DNA of 64,000 nucleotides, from positions 21,702,001 through 21,766,000 of the forward strand of contig NC_045696.1 in NCBI RefSeq assembly GCF_009834535.1. Reading direction: 5' to 3'. The notes beneath the pieces are model-generated. The model was not told the origin of the DNA. It was given only the letters and a program-made list of their open reading frames with translations, and did not search any database. The position numbers were made by a program, and so were the translations under genes. Below are positions 1 through 14,504 of the stretch, in pieces. The number at the start of each line of letters is the position of its first letter. The first letter of the stretch is position 1. The stretch is from Camelus ferus. Its lineage: Eukaryota.

Positions 1-984
1 CCATCACTTAATCCAGAGAAGAAACCATGGGACTCTGAGAACAATGCGAACAGATATGGTAAGAACTCAGATTCTGGATATAACCTAAAAGTGACGTTAA
101 CAGGATCCTGCTAAATTAGTCACCAGTGTGGACCTGCGGACCAAAAATGTGCTCTGCGTAGATGGCCGATCCCATCTGACCTACATGTTTAGTACTGGAA
201 ATTATGACCTGCATAGTCTCATACATAATTAATCTTCTCTGAACAAATTATTTCCAAGAGCCTGATCCTCTATGGATAAATTTGTCATCTGCACAGCTGA
301 AGTAACCCCTAAGTGATAATCACCCCAACCCTCTAAAGAATCCTGACCTAAAACAGTCAAATAATTTGACCAATTTTTTCCATAACTGCAATAAAAAAAG
401 GGAAAAATGTCTCTACCACACTTGGACAAGAGTAGTTAGAGGAAAGTGGAGAAAGCATTTATATCTATTGACTATGACAGATAGCTTTTATGGAGTCGAA
501 GTCTTTGATGTTCAAATCATCATTTTCTACTTTTATGTCATCATAATAAGAGATAAAATAATTCCACTGATAGTTGAAGAATATAAGTACATTACAGGAG
601 AAAAATGGTTTCAGCTTGCCAACAGATTAAGTAACTAAAGAAATAAGATGAAACTGACCAAAGGGAAACAGGTTGAATGTCAGGTGGAGGTTTTTAAATA
701 GTTGGGTTGGAAATGGAGTCTCAGGATAAAGTCTTGTAGCAGGAGTTATTTAAAATGAGACGAGTCAGAGCAGTTCAGAGCCCACCAGAGGCAGCAGCGT
801 AATGAGAACGGAGGAGAGGCCTTAATAATTCCTTCCTAACTCTCATACCGGTGATTTCATAATCTACCAGTCATTCCCCCTCAAGGGGCATTTCTCTTTC
901 AGCCTGCTTTTTTATGTGTCAGAACATCCTGCCACTGAAATGGAAGAGAATTAAATTTCTCCCGCTGTTCCTCTTATCCATGCA

Positions 985-986
<2 letters not shown>

Positions 987-1015
<29 letters not shown>

Positions 1016-1043
1016 ATTTTGTTTTGTTTTGTTTTGTTTTGTT
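987..1043. repeat. (GTTTT)n microsatellite
   Basis: About ten GTTTT units with one interruption, read directly. Confidence 0.9.
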
Positions 1044-1484
1044 CTTTGCCTTCACTTTAAATGACAGGAAAGTCTAAATGAAACAGATAAACTTTGAATT
1101 AACATTGCTTTAGGGAGGAACATCTAAGCCCTTTAACTTTCTGAGTCCTTCTAAAGAACTTTGTCCTGGTGGAGCACCAGCTCCTAAATCTCTATACAGT
1201 CAGTGCTGATTCTCCACACCACTTAGAAACAAAGGGAATTGAGACCATGCCACTGATACAGGTCTGCATCTTGGGATGCTCAGAAGTGGCCCCTTTGTTC
1301 AGAACATTCAGGGGATATGAGGTTAGTAACATGTGAAAACTTCAGAAACATAGGGGTCACAAAAGAGCTAGACAGCTCACAAGAAAGCATTTTTTGTTGG
1401 CCTTTCTCAAGGAAATCATGGTCATTTCTAGTACTTGGGGATTAGTGTTGTGTTGTAATAAGGATCATCAAAATCTGAAATCTT

Positions 1485-1665
1485 AGCTAGGTGTAAATTT
1501 GAGCTCTGCCATTTAGATGCCATTCCCTCATCTGGAAAGTGGGCTGATGATAATAGAACCTGAATTTAGAGGCATATTATGAACATTACATTATTATGTT
1601 ATAAAAAAATGTAGAAAAATACCTAGTACATGAAAAATGCTATACAAATATTACATATAATAACT
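1485..1665 (+). mobile_element. MIR SINE fragment
   Basis: ctctgccattta...cctcatctggaaagtggg...taatagaacc...aaatgctatacaaata resembles the MIR core and tail. Confidence 0.6.
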
Positions 1666-2209
1666 ATTTTCTTTTCATGCCACAGATGTATTTAACAGAC
1701 ACAAACTGGCTGTGGTACTGTTCTAATTAGGAAGCTTGAAAAGAAAATACTTATACTGCTCAATTTTCAAAAGTACAGTAAATCTTTTAGATATCTGTAT
1801 TTTATATTTAGCATGTAAACTTATTCTAAAACAAGTGTAACTTTAGCATTCCCAAAAATATTGTCCTTATTTCCTTATCTTTCCTGTGATGTAGAATTTT
1901 GGAAAATAACATTACTCTTCAATATTGACCGAATCTTACTGAATTTGCACTATTCTCCAATCAAAAACTTTCAATGTTTATCTACTAGATTCAGTTAATG
2001 TATATGCACCACAACTCACAAAGTGATTTATATCAGCTTATTTTCTTTTTGAGAGGGACCTTGAGTTTCCAGGAAGTTCTGCTACCTCTTTGGTTTCTGC
2101 TATCTCTTCATCACCATCAGCACGTGTCCGGCACTTTTTCTCTTCAACTGGAGCACTGGGTGGAGGGAGGTTAAGTTCAGTTCATGGAGAAACAAGCAGA
2201 AAAAAGGTA

Positions 2210-2406
2210 TAGATGGAAGAGAATTTTCTAGTCATGTTGAAATGGAATGGGCTGCTTTGAAATGCAGTGATTTCTGCTGTATCTGACATATGTTAAATAG
2301 GGGTCAAGTGACCCCATAGGTAAAATGTCGTGGATGAAGTATAAGGACAGTTGGGTAGTTTGACTAAGTAAATTTTTCTCTACTCTTGAAATTCATAATT
2401 TTATGA
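2210..2406 (+). mobile_element. L3 (CR1 LINE) 3' end
   Basis: gaagagaattttcta...aaatggaatgggctgc...tgactaag...tactcttgaaattcataattttatga follows the recalled L3 3' end. Confidence 0.65.
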
Positions 2407-3134
2407 GGAATTTCCTTCATCTTCTAATTTGTTAACTAAAGAATTTAGCTGATTCTACAAGTGTAAAAATTTAATATGTTATTTTACTTTATTACAAAAT
2501 ATGCAATTCTATATGCTATTTAGTATATTGTGGTTTTTCAATTTATTTATGCAAAATTCATAAGGTACGACAGTCCATCTAATGGTGTTGTATCTAAACA
2601 ATGATACAAAGCTCATAGCATCATGATATCTTGTTCAGACTGAAAACCCAGAGTATATTACTTTTTAATGAGTAAATAATAGATTCAAAAATATTTCTAA
2701 TTATAACTAATAGATTGTGAACATGGCCAAACAAAAGTAGGAACATAATATGTGTTTGATTTATGTAATTATAGTTAACTAGAAATATTTATGAATAAGC
2801 TAGCCATTTCAGTACTAATTTATGACATTCAGAAGTGTTTTAATTATTTCCTCTCCAACAATATTCTAAGCAACTCAAAAGGGACTTAGAGTTGAGCATT
2901 TAGATAGTAGATTCTGAAACATGTCCTCTGTATCTATACTACATTTTTATTGGATTGAATAATTGGCCCTAACCAACTCCATAGGTAAAAGAAGTACTCA
3001 TGAAATATCACAGCATTATATAAAACATAAGTAGTGTGTTAATAATATAAAGTATTAAATATACATTTATTTCTACTTTATATCTTGTAATCTAAATCCA
3101 GTGAATGTGCATATGTTACATTTACTAAGATATT

Positions 3135-3360
3135 TGATGATGAGTTCATCTGAAATATTCACTAAGTTAAAGAAGTCATTTACAAAAGACCAGCTGTTGC
3201 ATGATTTCATTTATATGAACCATCCAAAATAGGCAAGTCTATGGAGGTTTAAAGTAGATTAGTGGTTGCAAGAGGCTGGAAGAAAGGTGACAGGAATGAG
3301 GAATGACTGCAATTGGGCATGGGTTTCTTTTTGGAATTATGAAAATGTTCTAAAATTTTT
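3135..3360 (+). mobile_element. Old L1M (L1MB/L1MC-like) 3' UTR fragment
   Basis: atgatttcatttatatgaac...aggcaagtctatggag...agtagattagtggttgc...gggtttctttttggaattatgaaaatgttctaaaatt. Confidence 0.75.
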
Positions 3361-4288
3361 TCTATTGAAAAAAAAAGAAAGGAGATTGATTTCAAACACA
3401 CACTACATTTCAGCATTTCATAAAAATTACATTCTAATAAAATTAAATTTATCCAATATTTCTTTTGCTTTATATCATAATTTGTTCCATGATTTCTGTG
3501 TTCTGTCAAATACACGAGCTGCAAACTAAGAATTTAAAAAATTATTTGCCTAAGAAAATGTTCAAGATGTCTCACCCACAACTGCACTTCAGGTAACTCA
3601 AATCATTGGTTGGAATAATGAATTCCAGATCAAAAAGCACTTTATGTAGTGGCTTGAGCCATTTAGAAAGCTATTATGTGAATTAGCATGCTTCCTGCTC
3701 CTTTGTAATTTGACTAGTTATCATTCAAAGGAATTGGAAGAGAAGACCATTATAAAATCAGTTAACTTCTTGTTTAGAGAAACACAGTAGACACAATGGA
3801 ATGAAAAACTGACCATCTTTGAAACACTTAACTTTGCCTACAAATTTGTATTTAAGTCTTTGCCTATATCATGAGTTAGTCCACCAGCACATCTAAATAC
3901 CTTCATGGACTGGTTGTCTCTAAACAGGTTAATTAATCAAAACATTAATAAATTGGAATTAAAGTAGTACTTGGACATAATAATATGATGCAACAGTCAT
4001 GTGGACTCATAATAAGTCAGAGCCTGATACATCCTTAGTGGTGCTCCAGTTCAAGGCTCTTGTTTTACAAACTAGGAGGTCCAGTGTTGAGAAGTGATAT
4101 TCTTAAATAACAATTTATTATGGAAGTTGCCTTCTGGATTCCAGTCTAGCATTCTCTCCACTCTACCTGAATATGTGTCCTTACACTTTCATCTTAAAGT
4201 TGTTCTTTACTGCTTATGAATGATACAGCTCACACAATGAAACTGCTAATATTTAAGTGAAGTAAAAATGTTTTTGCTGTTTTTACAG

Positions 4289-4394
4289 GATTTTACATTT
4301 CTACCCCAACTGGACCAGGAGGGAGACAAGAAAGAGTGGGACTTTTAAGTCTCCCTTTAGACCCCACTTTGGAGCCAGTCTGCCTTAGTTTCTG
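4289..4394 (+). CDS. TMPRSS15: Enteropeptidase exon (~exon 11), MAM domain: (G)FYISTPTGPGGRQERVGLLSLPLDPTLEPVCLSF(W)
   Basis: ttttacag|GA ... TG|gtatgt; 106 nt, phase 1-2; translation matches recalled mammalian enteropeptidase MAM sequence. Confidence 0.97.
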
Positions 4395-4673
4395 GTATGT
4401 TATTGACCCATATGAAGTAATGTTTTATTTAATGAGTAACATAGATTTTCTTATGTTGCCAGGTTCAAATTTTAATAAGATGTTATCCCAGGTTGTCCCA
4501 TTACTTTTCCTATTGATAGAGTAGCAAAATGCTGGGGGAGTCTCTCTCTTTCTCTAGCAACTCCCTCACCAGAGGGGAAAAGGAATATTTCAAAGACAAT
4601 AAAGTATTTAGAAGAACTCTAAAATACTCATATTCTTGTAGGAATCATTCATTTTTGCTTGTTTCCAAACTAG

Positions 4674-4824
4674 GTATTATATGTATGGTGAAAATGTCTA
4701 TAAATTAAACGTTAACGTCAGCAGTGACCAAAACATGGAGAAGACAATTTTCCAAAAGGAAGGAAATTATGGAGAAAATTGGAACTACGCACAAGTAACA
4801 TTAAATGAAACAGTGGAATTTAAG
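4674..4824 (+). CDS. TMPRSS15: Enteropeptidase exon (~exon 12), MAM domain: YYMYGENVYKLNVNVSSDQNMEKTIFQKEGNYGENWNYAQVTLNETVEFK
   Basis: aaactag|G ... AAG|gttggc; 151 nt, phase 2-0; frame continues from the previous exon. Confidence 0.97.
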
Positions 4825-5909
4825 GTTGGCAAAATACTTTATAACTTCTAATCATGTATTTGTATTACGAAAAAGTTTATGGTAATACGGTGAAAAAAAC
4901 TAATTTTATGGTTAAAGTTTATGGTTAAAGTTTATGGTAATACGGTGAAAAAACTAATTCAGTTTCTGAACGTAGCCAAGGCACTTTCTCTACTTTCCTA
5001 ATCTTCCTCCTTTCTAAAAAAAACTCTTTAAGTGCCTCTATTTTCACTTATTCATTGACTTATTAAAAAGCACTTATTGAGGAACAAATTACTGCATGAA
5101 GTACTACTTATAATGAGCCATAAAATTTATAAAAACCTTAAAGGATATTTCAGCTTTCTTCAGCAACTTTTTAGCACAGATCAACCATACATGTCTCCTG
5201 CCTGACTAGATCTTCCAACTTTTCACAAACAGCACCTATATCAGCCCTGCACTTTTCTAGGGAATCATCTTTGCCTGTTAGAACATCCTTACTCACCGAT
5301 ATCCCTCCACCCTGCCCCACTCTGACTTAATTGCCATATATTTGCTGTAGCAAGAAATTCTGTGATCTGTATCGTTGGGAAGTCTCTCATCATTTATTTC
5401 ACATTAGGGTGAATTAATTTTTCACATAACAACTTAATGTGTTCTCTTCCTAAGGGTGTTTGCAATTAGAATATAGGATAATCTAGGCTAATAGTTTGAC
5501 TAAATGAACAATGCTTTAATTGGATAATTTCAGACAAGAGAGTATAACTTTCAGAAGATGTATATCTGGAAAGACATTGTCATCAGTGAAGCCCGAGTGC
5601 TTTCCTGTGGCTTGATAAAAAGCAGACAATAATCAATGACCCTCAACTCTAGTCCTCTCATCTTTCTTTTTCCTTCTTTTCCTTTTTCTTCTTTCTTCTG
5701 TTCCTATATTTCTTCTGTGAAGTTGTCTGCTCCATCTTTGTTGGTTTTTTGATCACTCCAGAAAGGGTAAAGGAAAATGGAACACCAAGGTAATAATAAG
5801 ATGGCAGCAGCAGGGAAATAAGTATTGCAGTGACCAAATCTGGCTCAACTCACCAAGAATTTTTTAAAGGTAATAAAACTGCATCCACATTTTCAAAATG
5901 AGCTCATCA

Positions 5910-6200
5910 CGCAGTGTGAGAGTGCCAAGTTCTACAAATATTTGCACCTAGGCTTTGTCACTTTGTTGTGAAATCTTGAGCAAGTTCCTTAGTGTCTTTG
6001 AGATTCAGCTTGTGCATATGTGAAAGGGGGAGAAAAGGAGAAGATACTTCCTATTTGGAAAAGTATCTGTCATGAAGTAGGTGCAATGAATGAACAAATG
6101 AGTGAACAGATAACTGTACATCAGCGTTGGAAAAATTAAATGAGATAATGTATGCAACGTGCCTCACATGACAATTAACATATGACAGGAATTCAGCTTA
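5910..6200 (+). mobile_element. MIR SINE (interrupted)
   Basis: cttgagcaagttccttagtgtctttgagattcagc and aattaaatgagataatgtatgcaacgtgcct MIR motifs. Confidence 0.6.
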
Positions 6201-6902
6201 TGTCTTTCCTTTCCTAAACAGGAGAGGATCCAGGAAAATCCAGCTAAAAATACCCACTGTCCTTAAAAACCTAATATGTTTCATCTGCACTGGACCTTTT
6301 CTCCCAAGCCTGTGTCTGTGTCCTCTGAGCATCACCCTCACCAGCTTCCTGGGTGAACTCTGATCCATGCCAGCTAGCCCTGGGTAGCTGTATCATACTT
6401 ATATTTTCTCTTATTTCCTTCTTCTCTCATCTAAATTATCTAATCAGTGTGTATTCTCTTCAGGGTTTGTGTGCTCTAAGAAAGCAAACAGCTACCTGGA
6501 TTTTTAATATTGGTGGGGGAAGAACCTAAAAGAAGAATGCTCTCCCCTGACAGATGATGTGTGTATATATGGTGGGGTGCAGTGGAGTATGACAATATCA
6601 CAAGAGAAAGACAGAGATAGAGACAGAGAGAAACTGACAATGTTGCCTAACAAAGAAAAAAAAACACTAGAGAAAATTCAGACTTGTATTATGAGCACTT
6701 GTATTATAATTAGGGAGTTGGGCTCAGCTGAAGGACCTTAAAAAACGTGATTCATCAATATTTCTCTATGCGATGACTAGTCCACATTTATTTGGACATG
6801 GCAATATTGATTCTCCAGAGGACACAGACACAAAAAATCAACGCAGAGAAGATTAAGGTGGAATCATTTTATGAAATGATTGTATGCCTCTCTGAATTAC
6901 AG

Positions 6903-7038
6903 GTTGTTTTTAATGCATTTAAAAATGCATACCTGAGTGATATAGCATTGGATGATATTAGCCTAACATATGGGATTTGCAATGTGAGTCTTTATCCAGA
7001 ACCAACCTTGGTCCCAACTCCTCCACCAGAACTTCCTA
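6903..7038 (+). CDS. TMPRSS15: Enteropeptidase exon (~exon 13), MAM end and Pro-rich linker: VVFNAFKNAYLSDIALDDISLTYGICNVSLYPEPTLVPTPPPELP(T)
   Basis: ttacag|GTT ... A|gtaagt; 136 nt, phase 0-1; MAM signature DIALDDI. Confidence 0.98.
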
Positions 7039-10000
7039 GTAAGTAACCTTAACATGTGTTTTCCATAATTCAGTTATTAATATTTTTAAGCCAATCTCTT
7101 TCTGGCTTATTTTTTATTATCTTGCCCTAGTATTATTTTGTCACTGAAAATCAAAAACTTTAAAATATATGTAAAATGGAAACTAGTAAAATATTACATG
7201 TTATATATAAATTCACAGTGAAATCACTTTGTTATGCTCATATTGTTGATAATTTTAGTATATTTCCATTTTTGAAAATAATTAAGGTGCTGATTGCCAT
7301 TTCATTTTCAATTTAATACAAACTAATACTTTATTCGCCATGTAGCATGGCCTGTAATCTTTTGGGAAGAAGCCTTAAGATTCTCATAGCCTTCTTAAAG
7401 AGTGATGTTAAGATCTCAAGAAGAGTTTGGTTAAGCCTGAAACCCACCAAGCTTATTTCCAGAATAATTTAATAATAATGATTGTGCCTGGAATTTGAAT
7501 ACATAGATCACACAAAAGATTTGTGTCCTAAAATGGTGCCTTTGTAAGACCTTGCAATAGCAGTGAGCAGGATTTCCCATGTCCTCTGGGACCTTTTTTT
7601 TTATCTCAAACGAACAAAATGGAGCTTGTGTTTACCTGTGTTCTAAACTCAAAGTGGGATCGTGACATCTCAGAAGCAAAAGATATATTACCAACCATCT
7701 TATGTCAACAGAGAAATCACTTCATACCACCTTCAGATTCAGACTATGGGATTTGAGCAAAAACAAACAAACATATAAACTATATATGTGTGTCTGTGTA
7801 TTGATATATGATATCAAACATCTATTACCTATTGTCCCTCTATTGGGATGTTTTCAGTACATTGTAGCTTTGATGCAAAAGCATCCCTTTTGTCTTTGGA
7901 TAATGCTGGTTGGAAGCTCATCTAGCTCTACAGCTTTGCTTGCATTGAATCTCATAGATGTTTTAATTCTGTCATGAAACACAGCACGTTTTCCACTTCC
8001 CCTTTTGTGCCAAACACCCTTGAAAGTCTGCCCATATTCACATCAGCAAATCAGCTGGTAACCTATCCAGATTTGATTTTACTTCCAAAATTATATATTT
8101 TTCTTGCTTCTAATCTTTAAGTTAAAAAAACAAACCTGACTTTTCAGATGCATGTCTTTAACAACTCAGAAGTTTTAAAGACAAATGACTAGTATTTGGG
8201 CGTGTCAAACAAATGGGCAGCCATTAAGATGAGGAGAGACATCACACTATCATACTTGTTCCATGATGAGCAGTTACATCCCACCGAAAGGCTGGTTTAC
8301 ATTTACCATTGTGTGTATTAACATGTTTAGATACGTGTATGGGTTATACGTAAACTCCTCAATATTTCGAACATCCATTCACACTTTATAGATGTCTACT
8401 ACATGCAGAGCACTGCACAAGAAATGTAAGCTTAGCAATAACCACTGCTAGATGAAAAATACATAATCTATATCATATAAATTTACAAATTAATCAATAT
8501 TAAAAACAACATATAACTATATGCCCCTAAATATTATAAATGAGAAGATTAAGTGATAGAGGACTTTGGAGAAGAGAGTATAGAGTGGAGAAATCTTTAA
8601 GGAAGCAGTAAGATTGAGAGACAGAATGAAACTCATAAAACTGAAACAAAAGCAGGACAGTAGCATGCATTCCCACATAATAATATTGGCCACGAAATTG
8701 TTGCAAGAATTTTTCTTGACATCAAACTCAATCTAATTCATCTTTGCTTCACCAGTGTCTGACTGGCTCTATCACATAAATAGATCATCAATAAATACTA
8801 TTAGGTGTGAACTAAGTCTCTCTCTCTCTTTCTCTCTCCTTTTATTTTGGCTGTATGTTTCTTTCAGTGACACAAACATTTTTGCCAAACAAAATTTTGA
8901 TACCAGAATCAAAGCTTGGAAATGATGGTGAGGTTACGGATGTAGAGAATACCAACATGAATGCAATAATTTGGGCTTCACGGCATTGTTTAAGAAAAAA
9001 TTGTCTCCATTTTCTGTAGGTGTCCCACATTGTTTCTGTCTATTATATAAAACATTTCCATGCAAAAAAATTATAATCTTTAAAATCACTGCTGGTCTGA
9101 TAAATAATTGCTATGGATACCAGACAGTTGCAACATCTTGCTATTTCGATATTGCAGTCATTTAATAAAACAGATTGTCTTCATAATCCTTTCTGCCGGT
9201 ATGTTCCTCTATTCACCAATCAATAAGTGGTCAAGAAGAAAAAAATTTTAGGTGAAAGTAACATAGTTTCATAGGATCAATATTTTAAAAGTAGCAAAAC
9301 CTCATCATTATATGAAATAGAAAATTCGAGGCAACTTTTGGGCATAAAATCATACATATGTAAATAAAACTATAAATATGATTCTCTATATTAAAACTTT
9401 ATCTAACCCACACAGTCCTCATATCTATTCCAATCGGAAAGAGAAAAGGTAATACCTCGAGGTCAAGGAAGCATGATATCCCTGCATATTTTCACAATAG
9501 GGAAATTGTAACGGTAGAATAACCATCTGATTTTAAAATATAAACTTTCAGATTTGCCCAGAGAATATTTGTTCCAGTTTCCAACTGGTTCACTTCAGGG
9601 CAATATTTAGCACAGCAGAAAATGTTAATTACCATCAAATGCATTCTGAACAATTTCATTCTAATGCCATTTGCAACTGGTTCAGTGAAATTCTTATTTG
9701 AGCAGAGCTTTTCTAGTTCCAGATCACTGACTTGTTTAAGCAGAAACAAAGGGAAACTATGGCTGACTGGCTAATAGCCTTGTCTTTGGCTCTTAAAGAG
9801 CATTTAAAGAAGAAAATAACCTCAGTCAAGTAACTAACTAGCAAAGGCCAGTTTTTTCTGTTGCTCCAGGTAGTGCCTCGTTTGGGGAAAGGTAAATTCA
9901 GTTTCCATAACCTTAGGGAGTCTTCCATTTTGTGATGTTAATCTGCTGCTGCACCAGCTCTATGATTTTTGCCTTGTGACATTAGCACAAATAATTTAAA

Positions 10001-12552
10001 TGTTGGGCTTGTATTGAGCCTACTTTAAAAAGTTAACATTCCATTGCACAAATATAATGCCAATTTGCAACACAGTTGGGATGATTCATGGCAAGTTCGC
10101 ACTGAGTAATAGTACTAGATATATACAAAAAGAAATCCACATTTCAGCCCCTGACTTACTTCCAGACTGTTAAAACTAATTAAGGCAGAAAAAGGACAAG
10201 CTAGTTTTAGCTATTGTAGTAGTCACTCTATTTCTACATTTTGCTCAATTCTGCCATCATTAGGCCATTTTCCATTTCTAAAGACAAAATAAAAGTTTAT
10301 GTGAAGTTTCATAGGCTTGATATTATACTTAGAGTGAAATAATTTTTAATTTTGGTTATTCCTGTAAAAAATAAATCAGTACCTATTTAATTCCCTTGTA
10401 ATTGATGACCACGTTCAAGTCGAGCTGCTGGTCTTTTATACTATTAGTATGACTTGATATTCAAGCCCTCAGCAAATCCCACATCAACTGCACTCATACA
10501 TTCCTAACTCAGTGTGTTTTGGGCTCTTCTGTTTTCATCTTCTTACCTTCAAAACGAATAGCTTATTTATTAGAGTTATTATTGGCTAGATTGCTATTAA
10601 CGACAAATAAAATTTAAACCACAAGGAATAAAATTTGAACTACATTGCCACAAATTGTAATAAAAAAAATTTTATCATGGCTGATCACCATAACCTGTTC
10701 ACAGAAATATAAATTTTGACAAACTGAACCCCAGATTTTCTTTTCATTTTACAACCTCAGCTTTTAAAATGTTGTCTGTAATACTGTAGGGCTTGTTATC
10801 TGTTACTCTGATAATAAAAAATAATTGCTGATTTGGAAAATCAGCCACTTTTAACATATTCAAACATCAATGTGAGATATTTTAACTTAAAATTTACTTA
10901 TTATTTCCCTCGCATAAGAGTACCCATCAGCAACTTACTTTTATCATCCTTATTTCATGTTACAAATATCGTGTAAATTAATTTGAACCCTCCTACTGCA
11001 AGTGAAAGCTGGCCTCCCCTTCCTTCCACCCTACAGTGTAAGCCTCCACATTGACACATATCTCATTATGCCAGAGCGTGGATTAAAAATGACATGCCTC
11101 ACGAAAAATATCTATCCTGGACAACCAGTTTACAAGATGCTGCACATTATTTACATATTGCATGTAGTGGAAATCCCTATTGGCATAGTAAGAAATTAAT
11201 CAGAATACAAATCTTTGAGAGAACAGTGCCAAGAAAAAGAAAAATGGAAGAATTTAACAACCGTGAATGTGCAGAGTTCCCTGTACCACGCAGGCTATTT
11301 AACTCTTGATCTCTGGGTGAAGATGATTTACTAAATGACACAGCATGACTGTGATCTCCAGAATTTCATGAGTTTTGGGCTCTTCTGTTGAGAAGCACAT
11401 GCTGCATGTCCATTATAGCAGCACCACCATGAAAATAAATTGTGTCGTCATGTTTAGAATGTCTGAAAGAGCTTTTGCCAGTCCCTTACAATCATCTACA
11501 TACAGAGAGTAACTGATATAGCTTATAAAGCCAAGGATCAGAGCTATCTTACTGATCAGTTATTTGATATAAAATTATGTTTGCAATGTATTTCAAAAAT
11601 TATTTAAGTATTTTATTATTTTTAAAAGTATTTTAAAGCGATGGATTTTCCAAGGTTTCTATTCAGTGGAGAAATGCTAAGTCAACTTCATACCTTGACA
11701 TACTTAACAGTCACACTTGACAACATTTTAGCTCTGGCTGTGTGTTTATTCAAGTCTCACCTACTCGTCTACAAATGAGTACTGTCAAGTACTGTAAGGT
11801 ACTGCCCAAGTGTTCAGAGAGGTGAACATTCAGTACCTTCTCCAAGTTGGTTACTATTTACTGTATTAGGAGTATATGATTTTGACATTTTCCTGTTCCT
11901 TGAAGAGAAAATGAGAATGCTTAAACAACAACACCCCCCAGCCCCCACCGCATCAATGGCCACGCTGGCCGTGACTCAATCTATGAACTAGAAAGAGCTG
12001 GTGTTCCTCAGTCTTTAATCTGCAGTTTTATGTTTGTCCCTGCAGCTACACTTTCCCTTCTCCATTATTTCCCTTGAGAAGACAAGGAAGCATTGCATGG
12101 CACCTAGAATTGCTAAAATTACATGCATTGTGTACACGGGAGTTGAGGGATTATAGTGAATCTTTTTTCAGAAGTCTTTGCAAGACAGTGAGTCACACGA
12201 TCAAGGAGAGGATTAGCTCAGAAGCACAGCTGCTGTGGGAGCACGTAGTCTCCTCAGACTTTCCCTCACCCCTTCCAGAAGATGCACTTGCCCTTGTTGT
12301 GCATCATTACTCTTTCTTTGGTTCCAGTGCCTTCTTCAGCACCCTGTGTTCACTGCTTTCTTCCTTCCAGACCTACCCATTGTTGACCTTACTTGTTAGT
12401 GCTCTCATCTGTGTTCCCTTCTGTCCTCCTCTTTGTCATGTACCCAAGTAAACATCACATACCCACCAAGTGCCACTTACTGAGACTCAGTCTAAACCCT
12501 GCCTATGGCTTGGACCACATGGTTGAAATAATTTCATTTGATCAACCAGTAA

Positions 12553-12725
12553 GAGACAGTAACGTACTGTGAGATGAGCTTGAGGTTAACTGAGTTGAAG
12601 TCTTGACTTTATACTGTTTATATGCACAGCATTAGCAAGTAACGGAATACCTCCAATGCCCAGATTGTCCATTTAAAATTGAAATAGTAATAATAATTAC
12701 CTAATTCACAAGGATGCATTGGAAA
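12553..12725 (+). mobile_element. MIR SINE
   Basis: gagttgaagtcttgactt...agcaagtaac...aaaattgaaatagtaataataattacctaattcacaagg. Confidence 0.55.
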
Positions 12726-14256
12726 CCAGTACTGAGTATGCCAGGTAATGTGTAGGCACTTTTCATAAATTATGTCTGATTTTTACAATGACCCTGAAAA
12801 TCTCTAATATATATACATATATCTTTTATATACAAGCAAATCCAGTCTCAAAAAGACAAATAACTAACTCAGAGCAACAATTTTAATCCACCAGCTTCAA
12901 CACATCTTTCTTTTATACACCATCTTCTCTCCCCAGATGAGACAATGTGCATGGAAACTTTGCAAACAATAAGGTTTTGTAAGAGGTCTTATTATTCTTG
13001 CTAAGCTCATCTGGCTTGGGACAAGCCTGGCCCAGGAGGGCATATAAGGCAGACCAAGGCTTGTCACCTTGCAAACAGGATGTGTTGGCAATGATACTAC
13101 TCTGAGCCACAGCAACTGCCTCTCTCTGTCCCACTGTGCATATCATAACACCCAAATCTAAGAGGATTATTACATACAAGTTTGGAAGATGCACATGGGT
13201 TGAAGGGATCTATATAAATGAGGCAAGTAACATGTAAAAGAGGGATCAAAGAAGAGGATATGACTGAACTCACTGCCATAAATGTAGAGACATTTAATTT
13301 TCCCTCCTGTAATCTGATTTCTATTCCTGAGTGTAAATAATTCTTCTATCATCTGTCTTTAATGATTGGGAAAATATATACTTATGTCGGTTTTCTATAT
13401 TCTTCTAATTAGGTTACTTTTATTCTTTTCATTTTAAATGTAACATGGTAATAAAAAATAAGATAAAATTAGGATACTTAAAGTAGTTGATGAATTTTTA
13501 CAGTACTTTAGAATTTTCTGTTAATAAGTCAGATAAATATAAATTCCAGAACTTCATAAATTCAACCTACCCATTTGAAAAATCAAACTATTAACTGAAA
13601 GATCTGTGCTCTGTTTTTCTAATAAATCAGCATTAAGTTCAGTCCCAACTTGACTCCTGGACAGTCTAGGGCAATTATTTAGCAAGTAGAGATTTTGTTT
13701 GTCTCCCTTTCTTGATGGCCAAATGCCACAGTACAATATTCAGGATGGTGAAGCTTCCTCTCTACTGAAAGAAAAAGGTAGAAAAAAAAAAGAAAAGAAA
13801 GTAGAAAAACAAGAAATATCATGATTAGTGATTTATTAGCCCTTCTGATAAGAGATTGGCAGATACAAAATTCATTCTACTATGAAGATTCATTTTTTTA
13901 TCTGCAGCAGAGGGTTGATACCTTATCGCATGAAGTCTATTTACAAAGGATGCTCATCCAAATTGTTTCCTTGCCCAAATAATTTTGGGAAATACTGAAC
14001 AGTGCTATTCCTTCTTGGAGAATCACAAAGAACATAAGAATATTTCAGATTTTGAGGAGTTCTTCAGTAAGGAGATTTATTTACCTATATTTTCCCCCTT
14101 ATTTAAGAGGCATGATTTTCCCTGACACACATTCTAAAATGTGTCTGTCAAAACGAATATTCCAAGATATATAAGTGGAAATTTGCTGGCATATAGTATT
14201 ATGTCTCTGAAATTAACCTTATGTTACTAATGGTTTTTCTCTGCTTTATTTTTTAG

Positions 14257-14346
14257 CGGACTGTGGAGGACCTTTTGAACTGTGGGAGCCCAATACAACA
14301 TTCACTTCGATGAACTTCCCAAACAACTACCCTAACCAGGCTTCCT
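14257..14346 (+). CDS. TMPRSS15: Enteropeptidase exon (~exon 14), CUB2 start: DCGGPFELWEPNTTFTSMNFPNNYPNQAS(C)
   Basis: ttttag|CG ... T|gtgagt; 90 nt, phase 1-1; CUB CGG...S.NFP..YP motif. Confidence 0.97.
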
Positions 14347-14504
14347 GTGAGTCATTTCTTTTTCAGGCCATGAGAAAAAAAAAAATGTCTATATCAAAGT
14401 TAGATTCTCCTCTTGATACAGCACAGTAGATTATAAATTTGCCATTTCTGTACACAACTACCACATCTATGAGATTGCTTAATATAGTGATGACAAGAGT
14501 AACC

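Noticed and set aside
4395..4673. Frame-preserving retention of the 279-nt intron
   Set aside because: In-frame stop at 4522-4524 would truncate the protein
4872..4959. CRISPR-like repeat-spacer array
   Set aside because: Only two copies, the spacer derives from the repeat, eukaryotic context, no cas genes
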